This document shows, in pieces, positions 8,388 through 18,478 of a DNA stretch of 64,000 nt. The DNA is from Peptoniphilus sp. GTDB taxonomy: Bacteria; Bacillota; Clostridia; Tissierellales; Peptoniphilaceae. The notes beneath the pieces are model-generated. The model saw nothing but the letters and a program-made list of their open reading frames with translations, was not told where the DNA came from and ran no database searches. Location of the stretch: the NCBI GenBank assembly GCA_029983555.1, contig JASBZH010000001.1, positions 21,130-85,129 of the forward strand. Direction: 5' to 3'. How positions within the stretch are numbered: position 1 is the first letter of the stretch; each line of letters begins with the position of its first letter. The translations under genes were made by a program, and so were the position numbers.

Positions 8388-10996
8388 AATAACTCCTTAG
8401 AATCTTCAATAATTTTATTTAAAATATTAAATGCCTCCATTGGATTTATATTTAAAATATCTAATTCTTGAAGCTTATTTATAAATTTGTAGGCTTCAGG
8501 ATCTCTCTTTTTTTCATTATTAGTATTTTTAGTCGAAATTTTATAAGTAAGATCGTCCTTATCTTTTTCAATTTCTTCTAAAATATCATTTGCCCTATCT
8601 ATTATTGACGCCTCAATGCCCGCTAGTTTAGCAACATCTATTCCATAAGAATTATTTGAATAACCTTTTATTATTTTTCTAAGGAATATGATGTCGTCAT
8701 CCTTTCTATCCACTGCAATAGTTAGATTGCTTATATTAGGATATTTATCTTCCAGATAAACAAGTTCGTGATAGTGTGTCGCAAAAAGGGTTTTAGCTTT
8801 TATATTTTCTGCAATATATTCGATAATTGCATTTGCAATTGAAATGCCATCGAATGTGCTCGTTCCCCTACCTACTTCATCGAGTATTAGTAGTGATTTT
8901 TCAGTAGCATTGTCGATAATATTTGCAACTTCTTTCATTTCGACCATAAAAGTTGATTCGCCCATTGCCAAATTGTCACTTGCACCAATTCTTGTAAAAA
9001 TTCTATCTACTATTGAAATATCTGCACTTTCGCAAGGCACGAATGAGCCAATGTGAGCCATTATAACAATAAGTGCAACTTGTCTCATGTATGTCGATTT
9101 ACCAGCCATATTTGGACCTGTGATTATATGAATCATATTTTTATCGAGGTCAAGCAGTGTGTCATTTGGCACAAAAGTCTCATCTAAATTTTTAGTTTCG
9201 ACTATTGGATGCCTTCCGTCTTTTATTTTAATGAGTCCTTTGTCATTAATTTTTGGCCTAACATAATTATTTTTAGCTGAAACTAAAGATAAAGATATGA
9301 TTGAATCGAGTTCAGAGAGTGAATCCGCAAGCATTTGTATATATTTTATTTTACCTGCTATATAATCTTTTAAATCATTGTAATACTTATACTGAATCGC
9401 AAGAGCTCTTTCCTTTGATCCAATCAGCTTAGACTCCATCTCTTTAAGTTCAACTGAAAAAAATCTTTCAGATCCAACGAGAGTCTGTTTTCTAATATAA
9501 TCTTCTGGAACACTGTCTAAATTAGACTTTGTAACTTCAATAAAATATCCCAAAATCTTATTATATTTAATCTTTAAATTTTTTATCCCAGTGCGCTCTT
9601 TTTCTTTAGATTCGAATTCGATTATCCAATTCTTACCTTTTTCAGATAGAGAAAAATATTCGTCAAGTTCTTCTGAAAAACCTCTTTTTAATATTCTATT
9701 ATCTTCAAGAACAATCGGCGGATTATCTATAAGCATTTCGTCTATTTTATTGTATAAATCTTCTAAATTTATAATCTTTTTTGAGAAATTAGATAAAGTT
9801 TTTGTTTCAGATTTTTCTAATTCTCTCTTTATCTCAAGTGATGCGCTTATACTTTTTTTAAGAGAAAATATTTCTCTTGGATTTATAGTATTATTTGAAA
9901 GCTTAACAGCAAGTCTCTCGATATCATATACATCTTTTAGCAAATTGATAATATAATCTTCGAATAATAAATTATTGAGAAAAGCCTCTACTAAATCCTG
10001 TCTTTTAGTTATTTCTTTAATGTCATTTAAAGGAGATTCGACCCATTTTTTTAATTTTCTACTGCCCATTGCAGTAGTACACTCATCTAAAACTTCAAGA
10101 AGTGAACCAGACTTTTTAAAAGTATTTAAACCCTTTAAAAGTTCTAAAGTTCTCCTGGAATTTTCATCTATCATGAGATAATTTTGATTATTATAAAAAT
10201 TAATCTTATTAATATGTTTAAGATTAATTTTTTGAGTGTCAAATAAATATTTTAAAATCATATTTAGAGATTTAAAATCTTTTTTATTTTTATTTTCTAT
10301 GAGATCATTATATGATTTAAAGAAATCCTCACTAAAATGATCTTTTAGATCTTCTAAATATATTTGTGAAATTTCTTCTTCTGATATAGTATTTAAATAA
10401 TATTTATTTGATAAAGAATTTTTACTTTTTTTAAATACATATATATCGTTTATTAACAACTCATTTGGACTTATTCTAGAAATTTCATTATTTAAAAAAC
10501 TGATAAGACTATCTCTATCCATAAAAACTTTATTAGTAAGATAAATTTCACCAGTAGAATAATCTACATAAGTTAAATCAACGCTATAATTTTTTACATA
10601 AACAGATAATAAATAGTTATTCTCATCGCTTTTTAAATATTCGTTATCAGTAAAAGTACCTGGCGTAACTATTTTTGTAATTTCTCTTTTAACTATTCCT
10701 TTTGCAGTTTTTGGATCTTCTACTTGATCACAAATTGCAACTTTATACCCCTTATTAATAAGTTTAGATATATAATTATTTGCAACATGATAAGGAACAC
10801 CACACATAGGTGCTTTTTCTTCAAGTCCAGCATCACGTCTAGTAAGCGTGATCTCAAGTTCTCGAGATGCAGTTAAAGCATCTTCAAAAAACATTTCGTA
10901 AAAATCGCCAAGTCTAAAAAACAGTATTGCGTCTGGATTTTCATCTTTTACAGATAAATACTGTTTCATCATTGGCGTTAATTTACTTCTGTCCAA
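8384..10996 (-). CDS. mutS: DNA mismatch repair protein MutS
   Basis: TPMMKQY, GDFYEMF, TGPNMAGKSTYMRQ, DEVGRGTST, FATHYHEL. Start set at TTG 10996 behind an AGGTGA SD (ORF track starts at 11005). Confidence 0.98.
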   Translation of the reverse strand: MDRSKLTPMMKQYLSVKDENPDAILFFRLGDFYEMFFEDALTASRELEITLTRRDAGLEEKAPMCGVPYHVANNYISKLINKGYKVAICDQVEDPKTAKGIVKREITKIVTPGTFTDNEYLKSDENNYLLSVYVKNYSVDLTYVDYSTGEIYLTNKVFMDRDSLISFLNNEISRISPNELLINDIYVFKKSKNSLSNKYYLNTISEEEISQIYLEDLKDHFSEDFFKSYNDLIENKNKKDFKSLNMILKYLFDTQKINLKHINKINFYNNQNYLMIDENSRRTLELLKGLNTFKKSGSLLEVLDECTTAMGSRKLKKWVESPLNDIKEITKRQDLVEAFLNNLLFEDYIINLLKDVYDIERLAVKLSNNTINPREIFSLKKSISASLEIKRELEKSETKTLSNFSKKIINLEDLYNKIDEMLIDNPPIVLEDNRILKRGFSEELDEYFSLSEKGKNWIIEFESKEKERTGIKNLKIKYNKILGYFIEVTKSNLDSVPEDYIRKQTLVGSERFFSVELKEMESKLIGSKERALAIQYKYYNDLKDYIAGKIKYIQMLADSLSELDSIISLSLVSAKNNYVRPKINDKGLIKIKDGRHPIVETKNLDETFVPNDTLLDLDKNMIHIITGPNMAGKSTYMRQVALIVIMAHIGSFVPCESADISIVDRIFTRIGASDNLAMGESTFMVEMKEVANIIDNATEKSLLILDEVGRGTSTFDGISIANAIIEYIAENIKAKTLFATHYHELVYLEDKYPNISNLTIAVDRKDDDIIFLRKIIKGYSNNSYGIDVAKLAGIEASIIDRANDILEEIEKDKDDLTYKISTKNTNNEKKRDPEAYKFINKLQELDILNINPMEAFNILNKIIEDSKELL

Positions 10997-12383
10997 TCTT
11001 CTCACCTTCTAGAGAAAAACTATTGGCATCTATAATTTTAACGTCAACAATCTTTCCTATATCTTCTCTACTTCCTTTAAAATTCACAAGCTTAAAACTT
11101 TCTGTTCTTCCTGAGACATAATCATCTCTTTTTTTAGAAATGTCTTCAACGAGAACTTTTTGAGTTTTTCCTATTAAAGATTTATTTTTTTTCTCCTGAA
11201 TTGGATAAAGTACATCCAATAACCTTTCAAATCTCTCGTGTTTTACTTTATCTGGAACCTGTGTCATTTTAGCAGCTGGAGTATTTTCTCTTAAAGAATA
11301 GATAAAAGTAAAAGAAGTGTCGTATTCAACTTTTTTACACAAATCTAAAGTATCTTCAAAATCCTCTTCAGTCTCCCCTGGAAAACCTACCATTATGTCA
11401 GTCGAAAGGGCGATATCTGGGTTTACTTTTTTTACTTTCTCTATAGTTTTTAGATAATCTTCTTTCGTATATTTTCTATTCATTCTCTTTAAAACATCAG
11501 TGGAACCAGCTTGTACTGGAAGATGTAAAAAGTTGCAGAGTTTATCTAACTTTTTAAAGGACATAATTAACTCATCAGAAATATCTTTAGGATGAGATGT
11601 CATAAATCTTATTCTTTCAAGGCCATCTATATCATTTATATCTGATAGTAAATCTGAAAATGTATAGTCATAATCCAAACTCTTTCCATAAGAATTCACA
11701 TTTTGACCAAGTAGAGTAACTTCTTTTGTTCCATTCTCAACTAAATTTTCAATCTCTCTTATTATATCCTTTGGATTTCTACTAGTTTCGCGTCCTCTAG
11801 TATATGGAACTATGCAATAAGTGCAAAAATTATTACATCCATACATTATATTTACATATGATTTAAAACCATAAGCCCTAATAGCTCCAATTCCTTCATC
11901 TATTCCAACTGGATTTTCTTCAATGTCCATGGAAAGTTTTTTACCATTAAAAGATGAATAAAGAAGTTCTGGCAATTTCCAAATATTATTTGTGCCAAAA
12001 ATTATATCTACATTTGGAAATTTTTCTATAACATAATTTCTTGACTCATCTCTTTGCATCATACAGCCACAAACTGCTATTTTTAAATCTTTCTTTGAAT
12101 TCTTTAAGTTTTTTAAATTACCCAACTGTCCATAAACTTTATCTTCAGCAGAATGTCTAACAGAGCAGGTGTTTAATATAATTAAATCTGCATCTTTAAT
12201 ATCGTTTACTTGGTTATAACCCATTTTTTCTAAAAGCCAAATAATTTTCTCTGAATCGTGCTCATTCATTTGGCATCCATGAGTTATTACAATTGCATTT
12301 TTTTTATCTATATTTTCTTTAATAAAGGCCATGCGTTCATTGACGTTGTCCTTTAAATCCTTAATTAAATCTGAATTTGTCAT
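10983..12383 (-). CDS. miaB: tRNA 2-methylthio-N6-isopentenyladenosine methylthiotransferase
   Basis: GCQMNEHDSE, NTCSVR, CNNFCTYC, C-terminal TRAM domain. Start set at ATG 12383 behind GAGGA. Confidence 0.96.
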   Translation of the reverse strand: MTNSDLIKDLKDNVNERMAFIKENIDKKNAIVITHGCQMNEHDSEKIIWLLEKMGYNQVNDIKDADLIILNTCSVRHSAEDKVYGQLGNLKNLKNSKKDLKIAVCGCMMQRDESRNYVIEKFPNVDIIFGTNNIWKLPELLYSSFNGKKLSMDIEENPVGIDEGIGAIRAYGFKSYVNIMYGCNNFCTYCIVPYTRGRETSRNPKDIIREIENLVENGTKEVTLLGQNVNSYGKSLDYDYTFSDLLSDINDIDGLERIRFMTSHPKDISDELIMSFKKLDKLCNFLHLPVQAGSTDVLKRMNRKYTKEDYLKTIEKVKKVNPDIALSTDIMVGFPGETEEDFEDTLDLCKKVEYDTSFTFIYSLRENTPAAKMTQVPDKVKHERFERLLDVLYPIQEKKNKSLIGKTQKVLVEDISKKRDDYVSGRTESFKLVNFKGSREDIGKIVDVKIIDANSFSLEGEKIGQK

Positions 12384-12430
12384 TTTATTCCTCATTTCAT
12401 TATTTAATTATACATTATTTTGAGGTAAAT

Positions 12431-12457
12431 AAAAGAGTATGTCATAGACATACCCTC
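12431..12457 (-). terminator. Intrinsic terminator after the FAD oxidoreductase gene
   Basis: Minus strand GGGTATGTC-TAT-GACATACTC-TTTT. Confidence 0.7.
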
Positions 12458-13835
12458 AACCTAAAATTTCATTTAAATACCTAGCCACATATACTCCAGA
12501 TGCCGATGCTTGGGAAAGTGAATGAGTAGCTCCTCCACCATCTCCAACTACAAAAAGACCTTCCTTTACAGTTTCAAAATTATTATCGGTCTTTACTTTT
12601 GAATTATAAAATTTCACTTCTACTCCATATAAAAGAGTGTCGTCATTTGCAGTTCCAGGAGCAATTTTATCTAGCGCATAAATCATCTCGATGATTGAAT
12701 CGAGTTGTCTTTTTGGTATAACTAAAGATAAATCTCCAGGTGTAGCCTTTAAAGTTGGAACAGTAAAACACTTTTCCATCCTTCTCTTGCTTGACCTTCT
12801 GCCCTTTACCAAATCTCCAAACCTCTGCAATAAAACTCCTCCACCAAGCATATTAGAAAGTCTAGCTATAGACTCTCCATATTCGTTAGAATCTTTAAAA
12901 GGTTCTGTAAATTTATTGCTAACTAAAAGGGCAAAGTTTGTATTTTCAGATTGAAGCGATGGATCAGCATAAGAATGTCCATTTACTGTTATAATTCCAT
13001 TTGTATTCTCAGCTACAACTTGTCCATATGGATTCATACAAAATGTTCTAACTAGATCATTATAAGCCTTGGTTTGATAAACTATTTTTGATTCGTATAC
13101 AGCATCAGTTATGTGTTTAAAAACTTCTGCTGGCAGTTCAACTCTTACTCCAATATCAACTTGATTTGAAAATAATTCTATATTAAACTTTTTGCAAATT
13201 TTTGAAATCCATTTAGAGCCACTCCTTCCAGAGGCTAAGACAAGTTTTTTACAAGAATAAGTTTCGCCCTTATCTGTAAAAACTTTATATCTTCCATCTA
13301 TAAAGCTCACATCTTCAACAAATGTATTAAAAATCATGTCGACGCTATCTTTAGTATATTCGTAAATTTTTTCTAGAATTTTTACATTCCTATCTGTTCC
13401 AAAGTGTCTTACTTTTGCATTTAAAAGATGCAAATCATTTTTTAGAGCGAGAGTCTTTAAACCAGAATTTTTTGTTTGATATAACTTAGAATTTCCTCCG
13501 TCAAAATCAAGAAGCACATCATCGACATATTCCATAAGCTCTAGAGATTTCTCTCTACCTATATATTCGTGCATTTGACCGCCAAATTCTGTCGTAATAT
13601 TATATTTTCCATCGGAAAGTGTGCCAGCGCCACCATATCCATTCATAATATTGCAAGGTTTACAGCCTATACAATTGTCGACTTTGCCAAGTTTTATTGG
13701 ACACTGTCTGTTATAGATTACATTTCCCTTATCTATTACGAGAACTTTTAATTTAGACTTGAGTTTTTTAAATTCATATGAAGCAAAAACTCCGCTAGCT
13801 CCAGCACCAACTATAATTACATCATAATTCTTCAC
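12456..13835 (-). CDS. NAD(P)/FAD-dependent oxidoreductase
   Basis: VIIVGAGASG dinucleotide-binding motif, GGAGTLSDGK, DIGVRVE, VRTFC, GD near the C-terminus. Confidence 0.9.
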   Translation of the reverse strand: MKNYDVIIVGAGASGVFASYEFKKLKSKLKVLVIDKGNVIYNRQCPIKLGKVDNCIGCKPCNIMNGYGGAGTLSDGKYNITTEFGGQMHEYIGREKSLELMEYVDDVLLDFDGGNSKLYQTKNSGLKTLALKNDLHLLNAKVRHFGTDRNVKILEKIYEYTKDSVDMIFNTFVEDVSFIDGRYKVFTDKGETYSCKKLVLASGRSGSKWISKICKKFNIELFSNQVDIGVRVELPAEVFKHITDAVYESKIVYQTKAYNDLVRTFCMNPYGQVVAENTNGIITVNGHSYADPSLQSENTNFALLVSNKFTEPFKDSNEYGESIARLSNMLGGGVLLQRFGDLVKGRRSSKRRMEKCFTVPTLKATPGDLSLVIPKRQLDSIIEMIYALDKIAPGTANDDTLLYGVEVKFYNSKVKTDNNFETVKEGLFVVGDGGGATHSLSQASASGVYVARYLNEILG

Positions 13836-13848
13836 AATTATACCTCTT

Positions 13849-14748
13849 TTATTTATTAATTCTATCTATAAAATCTTTAAATCGAATTGGAAATTCATCC
13901 TGAATATCTAAAAGTTTTCCAGTTATGGGATGATTAAAAATTAACCTGTTTGAATGTAAAAGTTGCGTATTTACATTCCATTTATTTTTATGTCCATAAA
14001 CTAAATCACCAACTACAGGATGATTTATATATGAAAGGTGAACTCTTATTTGGTGCATTCGTCCAGTTTTTATGTTTACATCAAGTAGCGCTAAATCACC
14101 TAAATCTTTAATTACAGAAAAACTAGTGTAAGCATCTTTTGAATTTTTATTTGTCACTTTCATCTTCGTCCTATTATTGGGATCTCGCCCTATAGGTCTA
14201 TCAATTTCGCCAAAATTATCAGGCACACCATGAACTATCGTAAGATAATGCTTCTCTAGCTTATGATTTTTAAACATTTCTACCAAAGCAAAATATGCTC
14301 TAGTAGTCTTAGCTATAACCATAAGTCCACTAGTATCTTTATCTAGCCTATGAACAATTCCAGGTCTTAGTTCATCATAAGGATCTGGAAGGGAATTTCC
14401 AAACTGATATAATAAACCATTGACCAATGTGTTGTCAAGATTATCAGCTGTTGGCTGAACGACAAGTCCTATTGGTTTAGAAATAATAGCTAGATCATAA
14501 TCCTCATACAATATATTAAAGTCAATTTTTTTAGGCACAAGTTTTATCTTATCCTCATATTTAACAGATATTACATCAGATAAATTTAAAGAATACCCGG
14601 CTTTTACAATCTCTTTATTAACTTTTATATCGCCTTTATCAATTCTCTTTTTAATCTGGGATCTATTCAGTTTCAAAAATTGTTCCAAATATTTATCGAG
14701 TCTATTTGATGCATACTCTTCTGTAACAGTAAATTCTTTATCTACCAT
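13849..14748 (-). CDS. rluD: RluA/RluD-family pseudouridine synthase
   Basis: S4 domain RLDKYL, RPGIVHRLDKDTSG, TGRMHQIRVH. Start set at ATG 14748 (MVDKEF). Confidence 0.92.
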   Translation of the reverse strand: MVDKEFTVTEEYASNRLDKYLEQFLKLNRSQIKKRIDKGDIKVNKEIVKAGYSLNLSDVISVKYEDKIKLVPKKIDFNILYEDYDLAIISKPIGLVVQPTADNLDNTLVNGLLYQFGNSLPDPYDELRPGIVHRLDKDTSGLMVIAKTTRAYFALVEMFKNHKLEKHYLTIVHGVPDNFGEIDRPIGRDPNNRTKMKVTNKNSKDAYTSFSVIKDLGDLALLDVNIKTGRMHQIRVHLSYINHPVVGDLVYGHKNKWNVNTQLLHSNRLIFNHPITGKLLDIQDEFPIRFKDFIDRINK

Positions 14749-15223
14749 GTTTATCACTTTTAGACATGCTAGTTGGATTTTCATAAAGAAGAATTCCAAT
14801 GCATATAAGTATAGTGCCAATAACAATAAACATGTCGGCAAAATTAAATACAGCAAAATTATAATTAAATATTTTTACGCTAATAAAATCTACGACATAA
14901 TGAAGTCTTATTCTATCAATAAAGTTGCCAATAGTTCCACCAATTAAAAGGCTTATGCTAAATAAATATATCTTTGGCAGTTTTCTATAATTTTTTATAA
15001 GATATATAGACAAAAATACTAATACTATTACTGTAATAATTGTAAGAAGACTTCTCGCACCTTGAAGTATTCCAAAAGCTGCTCCTCTATTTTCGACATA
15101 ATAGAGTCTTAAAAAATTATCAATAAGCACCAGAGGTTCTCTATTTATGAGATAAGACTGCACTAAAAACTTACTAAATTGGTCTAATAATATTAAAATA
15201 ATACTAAAAAGTACTACAAACAT
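14738..15223 (-). CDS. lspA: Lipoprotein signal peptidase II
   Basis: DQFSK, NRGAAFG, GNFIDR, VVDF, FNFAD. ATG 15223 follows GGAGG. Confidence 0.96.
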   Translation of the reverse strand: MFVVLFSIILILLDQFSKFLVQSYLINREPLVLIDNFLRLYYVENRGAAFGILQGARSLLTIITVIVLVFLSIYLIKNYRKLPKIYLFSISLLIGGTIGNFIDRIRLHYVVDFISVKIFNYNFAVFNFADMFIVIGTILICIGILLYENPTSMSKSDKHGR

Positions 15224-15234
15224 AGCTTCCTCCA

Positions 15235-16017
15235 TTATTTATTGATCTTAATTCTAAGAACAATATTTCCTTTTTTTGTCTCTCTTAAAAACTCATCAAT
15301 TTGAAATCTTCCGAATCTTCTTACAGAAATTAAATCTCTTTCGCTTACCTCTATATGTGATCTATCTTCAACAGAATAATTTACTTTTACTTCACGAGAC
15401 TTAATTTTATTTTTTGACTGCGTTCTAGATATATTTAAACAGCCTGAAATCACATTATCAAGTCTTAAAGATGCTACAATAATATCCTTATAAATATACT
15501 CTATTTTTGGCAAATCAGAAACGTCATCTACTTTCTCAAGATTTATATTGTATCTTGAAATTTTATTTAAGTTAAATTCTATAAAATTAGAAATCTCATT
15601 TTTAACAAAAAAATAAGTGTATTTTGTACCTACTAAAATATCACCTATTTTTTTCCGCTCAATACCAAGACCAATGACAGAACCCAGTACATCACTATGT
15701 TTAATTGTAGATATTGATGGAAATCTAAAAATATCAATATCCTCTTTTAAAATATCAGTTTCATAACTTGGATAAATATAAATAATACAGTTTTCTGCTC
15801 TCTCGTGCGCTCCGTCTACTTCATAAGAGATTTCATCTGTAAATCTATTTAAAACAGATTTCGCCAAGTAGACCTCATGAGGATTTAAAAAATCAGTTGA
15901 AGTTTTTACATAATTAGTCAAAACTATATCTATCTTGTCAATTACTCTTCTGATTTCTTTTCTGTCATTTTCATCGGTTATGTGACTTATTAATTCATCT
16001 TTATTAAAGATTACCAA
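15235..16017 (-). CDS. ylmH: YlmH/Sll1252 S4-domain RNA-binding protein
   Basis: TDFLNP, HSDVLGS...GIERKKIGDI, ASLRLD, DLISVRRFGR. Confidence 0.9.
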   Translation of the reverse strand: MVIFNKDELISHITDENDRKEIRRVIDKIDIVLTNYVKTSTDFLNPHEVYLAKSVLNRFTDEISYEVDGAHERAENCIIYIYPSYETDILKEDIDIFRFPSISTIKHSDVLGSVIGLGIERKKIGDILVGTKYTYFFVKNEISNFIEFNLNKISRYNINLEKVDDVSDLPKIEYIYKDIIVASLRLDNVISGCLNISRTQSKNKIKSREVKVNYSVEDRSHIEVSERDLISVRRFGRFQIDEFLRETKKGNIVLRIKINK

Positions 16018-16469
16018 GGAAACATTCCATTATCTTTTAATTGTTCTTTTAATCCATCGATAGCTACGTTATATGGAGCCAAAATAAAAATGTCTTTGTT
16101 AACTTTTTGCATTTTGCCATCTAATGCATAAAGTGCACCACTTACAAAATCAAAAATTTGTCTTTTAACTTCTAAATCTAATTGTTCAAAATTTAAAACA
16201 ACTGCTTTGTAGTCTCTAAGATCATCAACAATAAGAGGTGATTCGTCATATGAAAGTGGTTCATGTACTGTAATTACCATATTTTCATCAGGATTTGCCT
16301 TTACTTTATTTTGTTTTTTGAAAAAGCTTGTGTGAGTTGTATCTGGCGTATCTATAGATTCTGTTTCTCTAATTTCTTCGCCATAATCCTCATCATCGTA
16401 ATCTTCATACTCATATTCATCAGCAAAACCAAAAATCTTCTTTAGTTTGTCCATAGTTTTCTCTGCCAT
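16011..16469 (-). CDS. sepF: Cell division protein SepF
   Basis: N-terminal amphipathic helix, VVLNFE, IFDFVSGALYALDG. Confidence 0.95.
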   Translation of the reverse strand: MAEKTMDKLKKIFGFADEYEYEDYDDEDYGEEIRETESIDTPDTTHTSFFKKQNKVKANPDENMVITVHEPLSYDESPLIVDDLRDYKAVVLNFEQLDLEVKRQIFDFVSGALYALDGKMQKVNKDIFILAPYNVAIDGLKEQLKDNGMFPW

Positions 16470-16478
16470 AATATCCTC

Positions 16479-17165
16479 CTAATTATAATTTCTCTTACCA
16501 AATATTTTAGAGCCGATTCTGACCATATTAGAACCTTCTTCTATTGCAATTTTAAAATCATTACTCATTCCCATTGATAAGTACTTCATTTCTACATTAT
16601 CATAACTTTTTGATCCAATTTTTTCAAACATGTCATTCATTTTCTTAAAACAATTTCGAATTAAATCTTCGTCTGAAGTATTTGGAGCAATTGCCATTAG
16701 ACCTTTGATATTTATATTTTTAAAATCTACTAATTTTGAAATAAAATCTTCTGTTTCTTCGTATTTTATCCCAGACTTAGTATCTTCATTGCCAATATTT
16801 ATCTGAACTAAACAGTCCACTTTAATATTATCGTTAGCTGCCCTTTTGTTGATTTCCTTAGCTAATTTTATTCTATCCAAAGAGTGAATTAATTTAACTT
16901 TATCATAAATATATTTAACTTTATTAGTCTGTAAATTCCCAATCATATGAAAATCAACGTCTTGAACTTCATCTATCTTGCTAGTAAGTTCTTGAACCTT
17001 ATTTTCTCCAAAGTCTTTAATTCCCAAATCACTTATTTCTTTAATCATTTCCACTGGATGAGTTTTGGAAACAGCTATAAGCTTAACATCTCTATTAAAA
17101 CGAGATTTAGATTTTGCGTCTTCTATCTCTTCTAAAACTTCTTTTAAATTCTTACTTAAATCCAT
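16479..17165 (-). CDS. yggS: YggS-family PLP homeostasis protein
   Basis: LIAVSKT, FGENKVQE, HMIGNLQTNKVK, LSMGMSND, VRIGS. Confidence 0.96.
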   Translation of the reverse strand: MDLSKNLKEVLEEIEDAKSKSRFNRDVKLIAVSKTHPVEMIKEISDLGIKDFGENKVQELTSKIDEVQDVDFHMIGNLQTNKVKYIYDKVKLIHSLDRIKLAKEINKRAANDNIKVDCLVQINIGNEDTKSGIKYEETEDFISKLVDFKNINIKGLMAIAPNTSDEDLIRNCFKKMNDMFEKIGSKSYDNVEMKYLSMGMSNDFKIAIEEGSNMVRIGSKIFGKRNYN

Positions 17166-17174
17166 GTGATCACC

Positions 17175-18428
17175 TCAATTTAAAATTCTTGATTCATCAA
17201 CTGTCCTTGGATTTATTACTACAGCATCATTAACTGTAACAGTCTTATATGTCTTTTCACCAATTTGAATTACAGACTGTTTATTTCCTCTATTTATAAA
17301 AACAGATTCAGGTTTTTCACTTATAATTTCAACAGGAACAAATCTGACAAGACCTTTAATTTCTTGGACGAATACGCCAGGTAGTTTATCCCTTTCAATT
17401 ACAGAAGATTTAGGAATTTCATAAACCTTTGTCTTTTCTACAACAATCTTTCCATCGTGTACCCTAGTGGGATACATATCTTCTATATATCTATCTAAAT
17501 CAATTATAATTACAGCTTTATTTTTTGTCTTGTTTATGTTTTCAATTGTCCCATAAATCATTTTAGAATCATCCACTTCAATCTTAGCAATATCTCCAAT
17601 GTGATAATTTTTAATCTTTGATATATTATCTACTGTGGCTGCAATCTTCCAATGAAAGTTATCGATTATCTTAAAAAGTGGGACGTTTTCTTTAACCTGA
17701 GAGTTCATCTCAAGCTTTTTAAAGTTAAAATCCTGTTTTAAATAGTTGTAATCAATTTTATTTAACTTCTTTATATCAAACTTATCTTCAGTTCCATCGA
17801 CCTTATAAGACACAATACCTGAAAATTCCGCATTATAAGAAACATTGTATTTATCTATTGCACTTTCTAATTTCTTTTTTTGCATTAGAAGCTCAGATTC
17901 GCTTAAGTCCATATATTCCTTCAATTCTGAGGCGCTATATGTAACTTTGTTTTCCATGTTAAGTGAATCTATATCATTATATATGCTTTCATAATTTTTA
18001 TCTCTTATTATTTCTTGAATTCCAGTATTAAATTTTAAACTATCAGAGTCTTCATTAGGTTCGATGCCTTTTTTTAAATCAAGTGCGGCATTAATTTTAG
18101 CTAGCTGATCTTTATATGAAGATACATCTTCCATTAGGTTTAAGTGACAAACTTCATAACCTACTGGAACTTTTTGCCCTTCACTGGCATTAAAAACAGC
18201 TACCCCTTCGCCTTTTGAATAATATACTTTTTCATTGTATATATTAAATAATTTTGTTTTAAAATCATCCTCATAAGTAGTAAGAGTAGGAAAAACTGTT
18301 TTGTAGTCGCTAAAAGTTCTTCCTCTTACAAATTTAATTATGAAGAGGATAATGCACAAAAGAAAAATTAAAGCTAATAATCTTCTGTAAAAAAATTTAT
18401 TTTTCTTTTTTTTGGATTTTGTGTTCAA
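17175..18428 (-). CDS. HlyD-family membrane-fusion/adaptor-like protein
   Basis: Basic N-terminus plus single TM; barrel-sandwich halves (EGQKVPVG...SGIVSYKVDG) around a helical insert; IPKSSV...GVFV. Confidence 0.75.
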   Translation of the reverse strand: MNTKSKKKKNKFFYRRLLALIFLLCIILFIIKFVRGRTFSDYKTVFPTLTTYEDDFKTKLFNIYNEKVYYSKGEGVAVFNASEGQKVPVGYEVCHLNLMEDVSSYKDQLAKINAALDLKKGIEPNEDSDSLKFNTGIQEIIRDKNYESIYNDIDSLNMENKVTYSASELKEYMDLSESELLMQKKKLESAIDKYNVSYNAEFSGIVSYKVDGTEDKFDIKKLNKIDYNYLKQDFNFKKLEMNSQVKENVPLFKIIDNFHWKIAATVDNISKIKNYHIGDIAKIEVDDSKMIYGTIENINKTKNKAVIIIDLDRYIEDMYPTRVHDGKIVVEKTKVYEIPKSSVIERDKLPGVFVQEIKGLVRFVPVEIISEKPESVFINRGNKQSVIQIGEKTYKTVTVNDAVVINPRTVDESRILN

Positions 18429-18448
18429 AATACCACCTAATCGCTATT

Positions 18449-18457
18449 ATTATATCA
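18449..18457 (-). promoter_or_regulatory. Extended -10 promoter for the hlyD-like-yggS-sepF operon
   Basis: TGATATAAT on the minus strand just upstream of an AGGTGG SD. Confidence 0.55.
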
Positions 18458-18478
18458 TAAAGTAAGACTTATTATATA

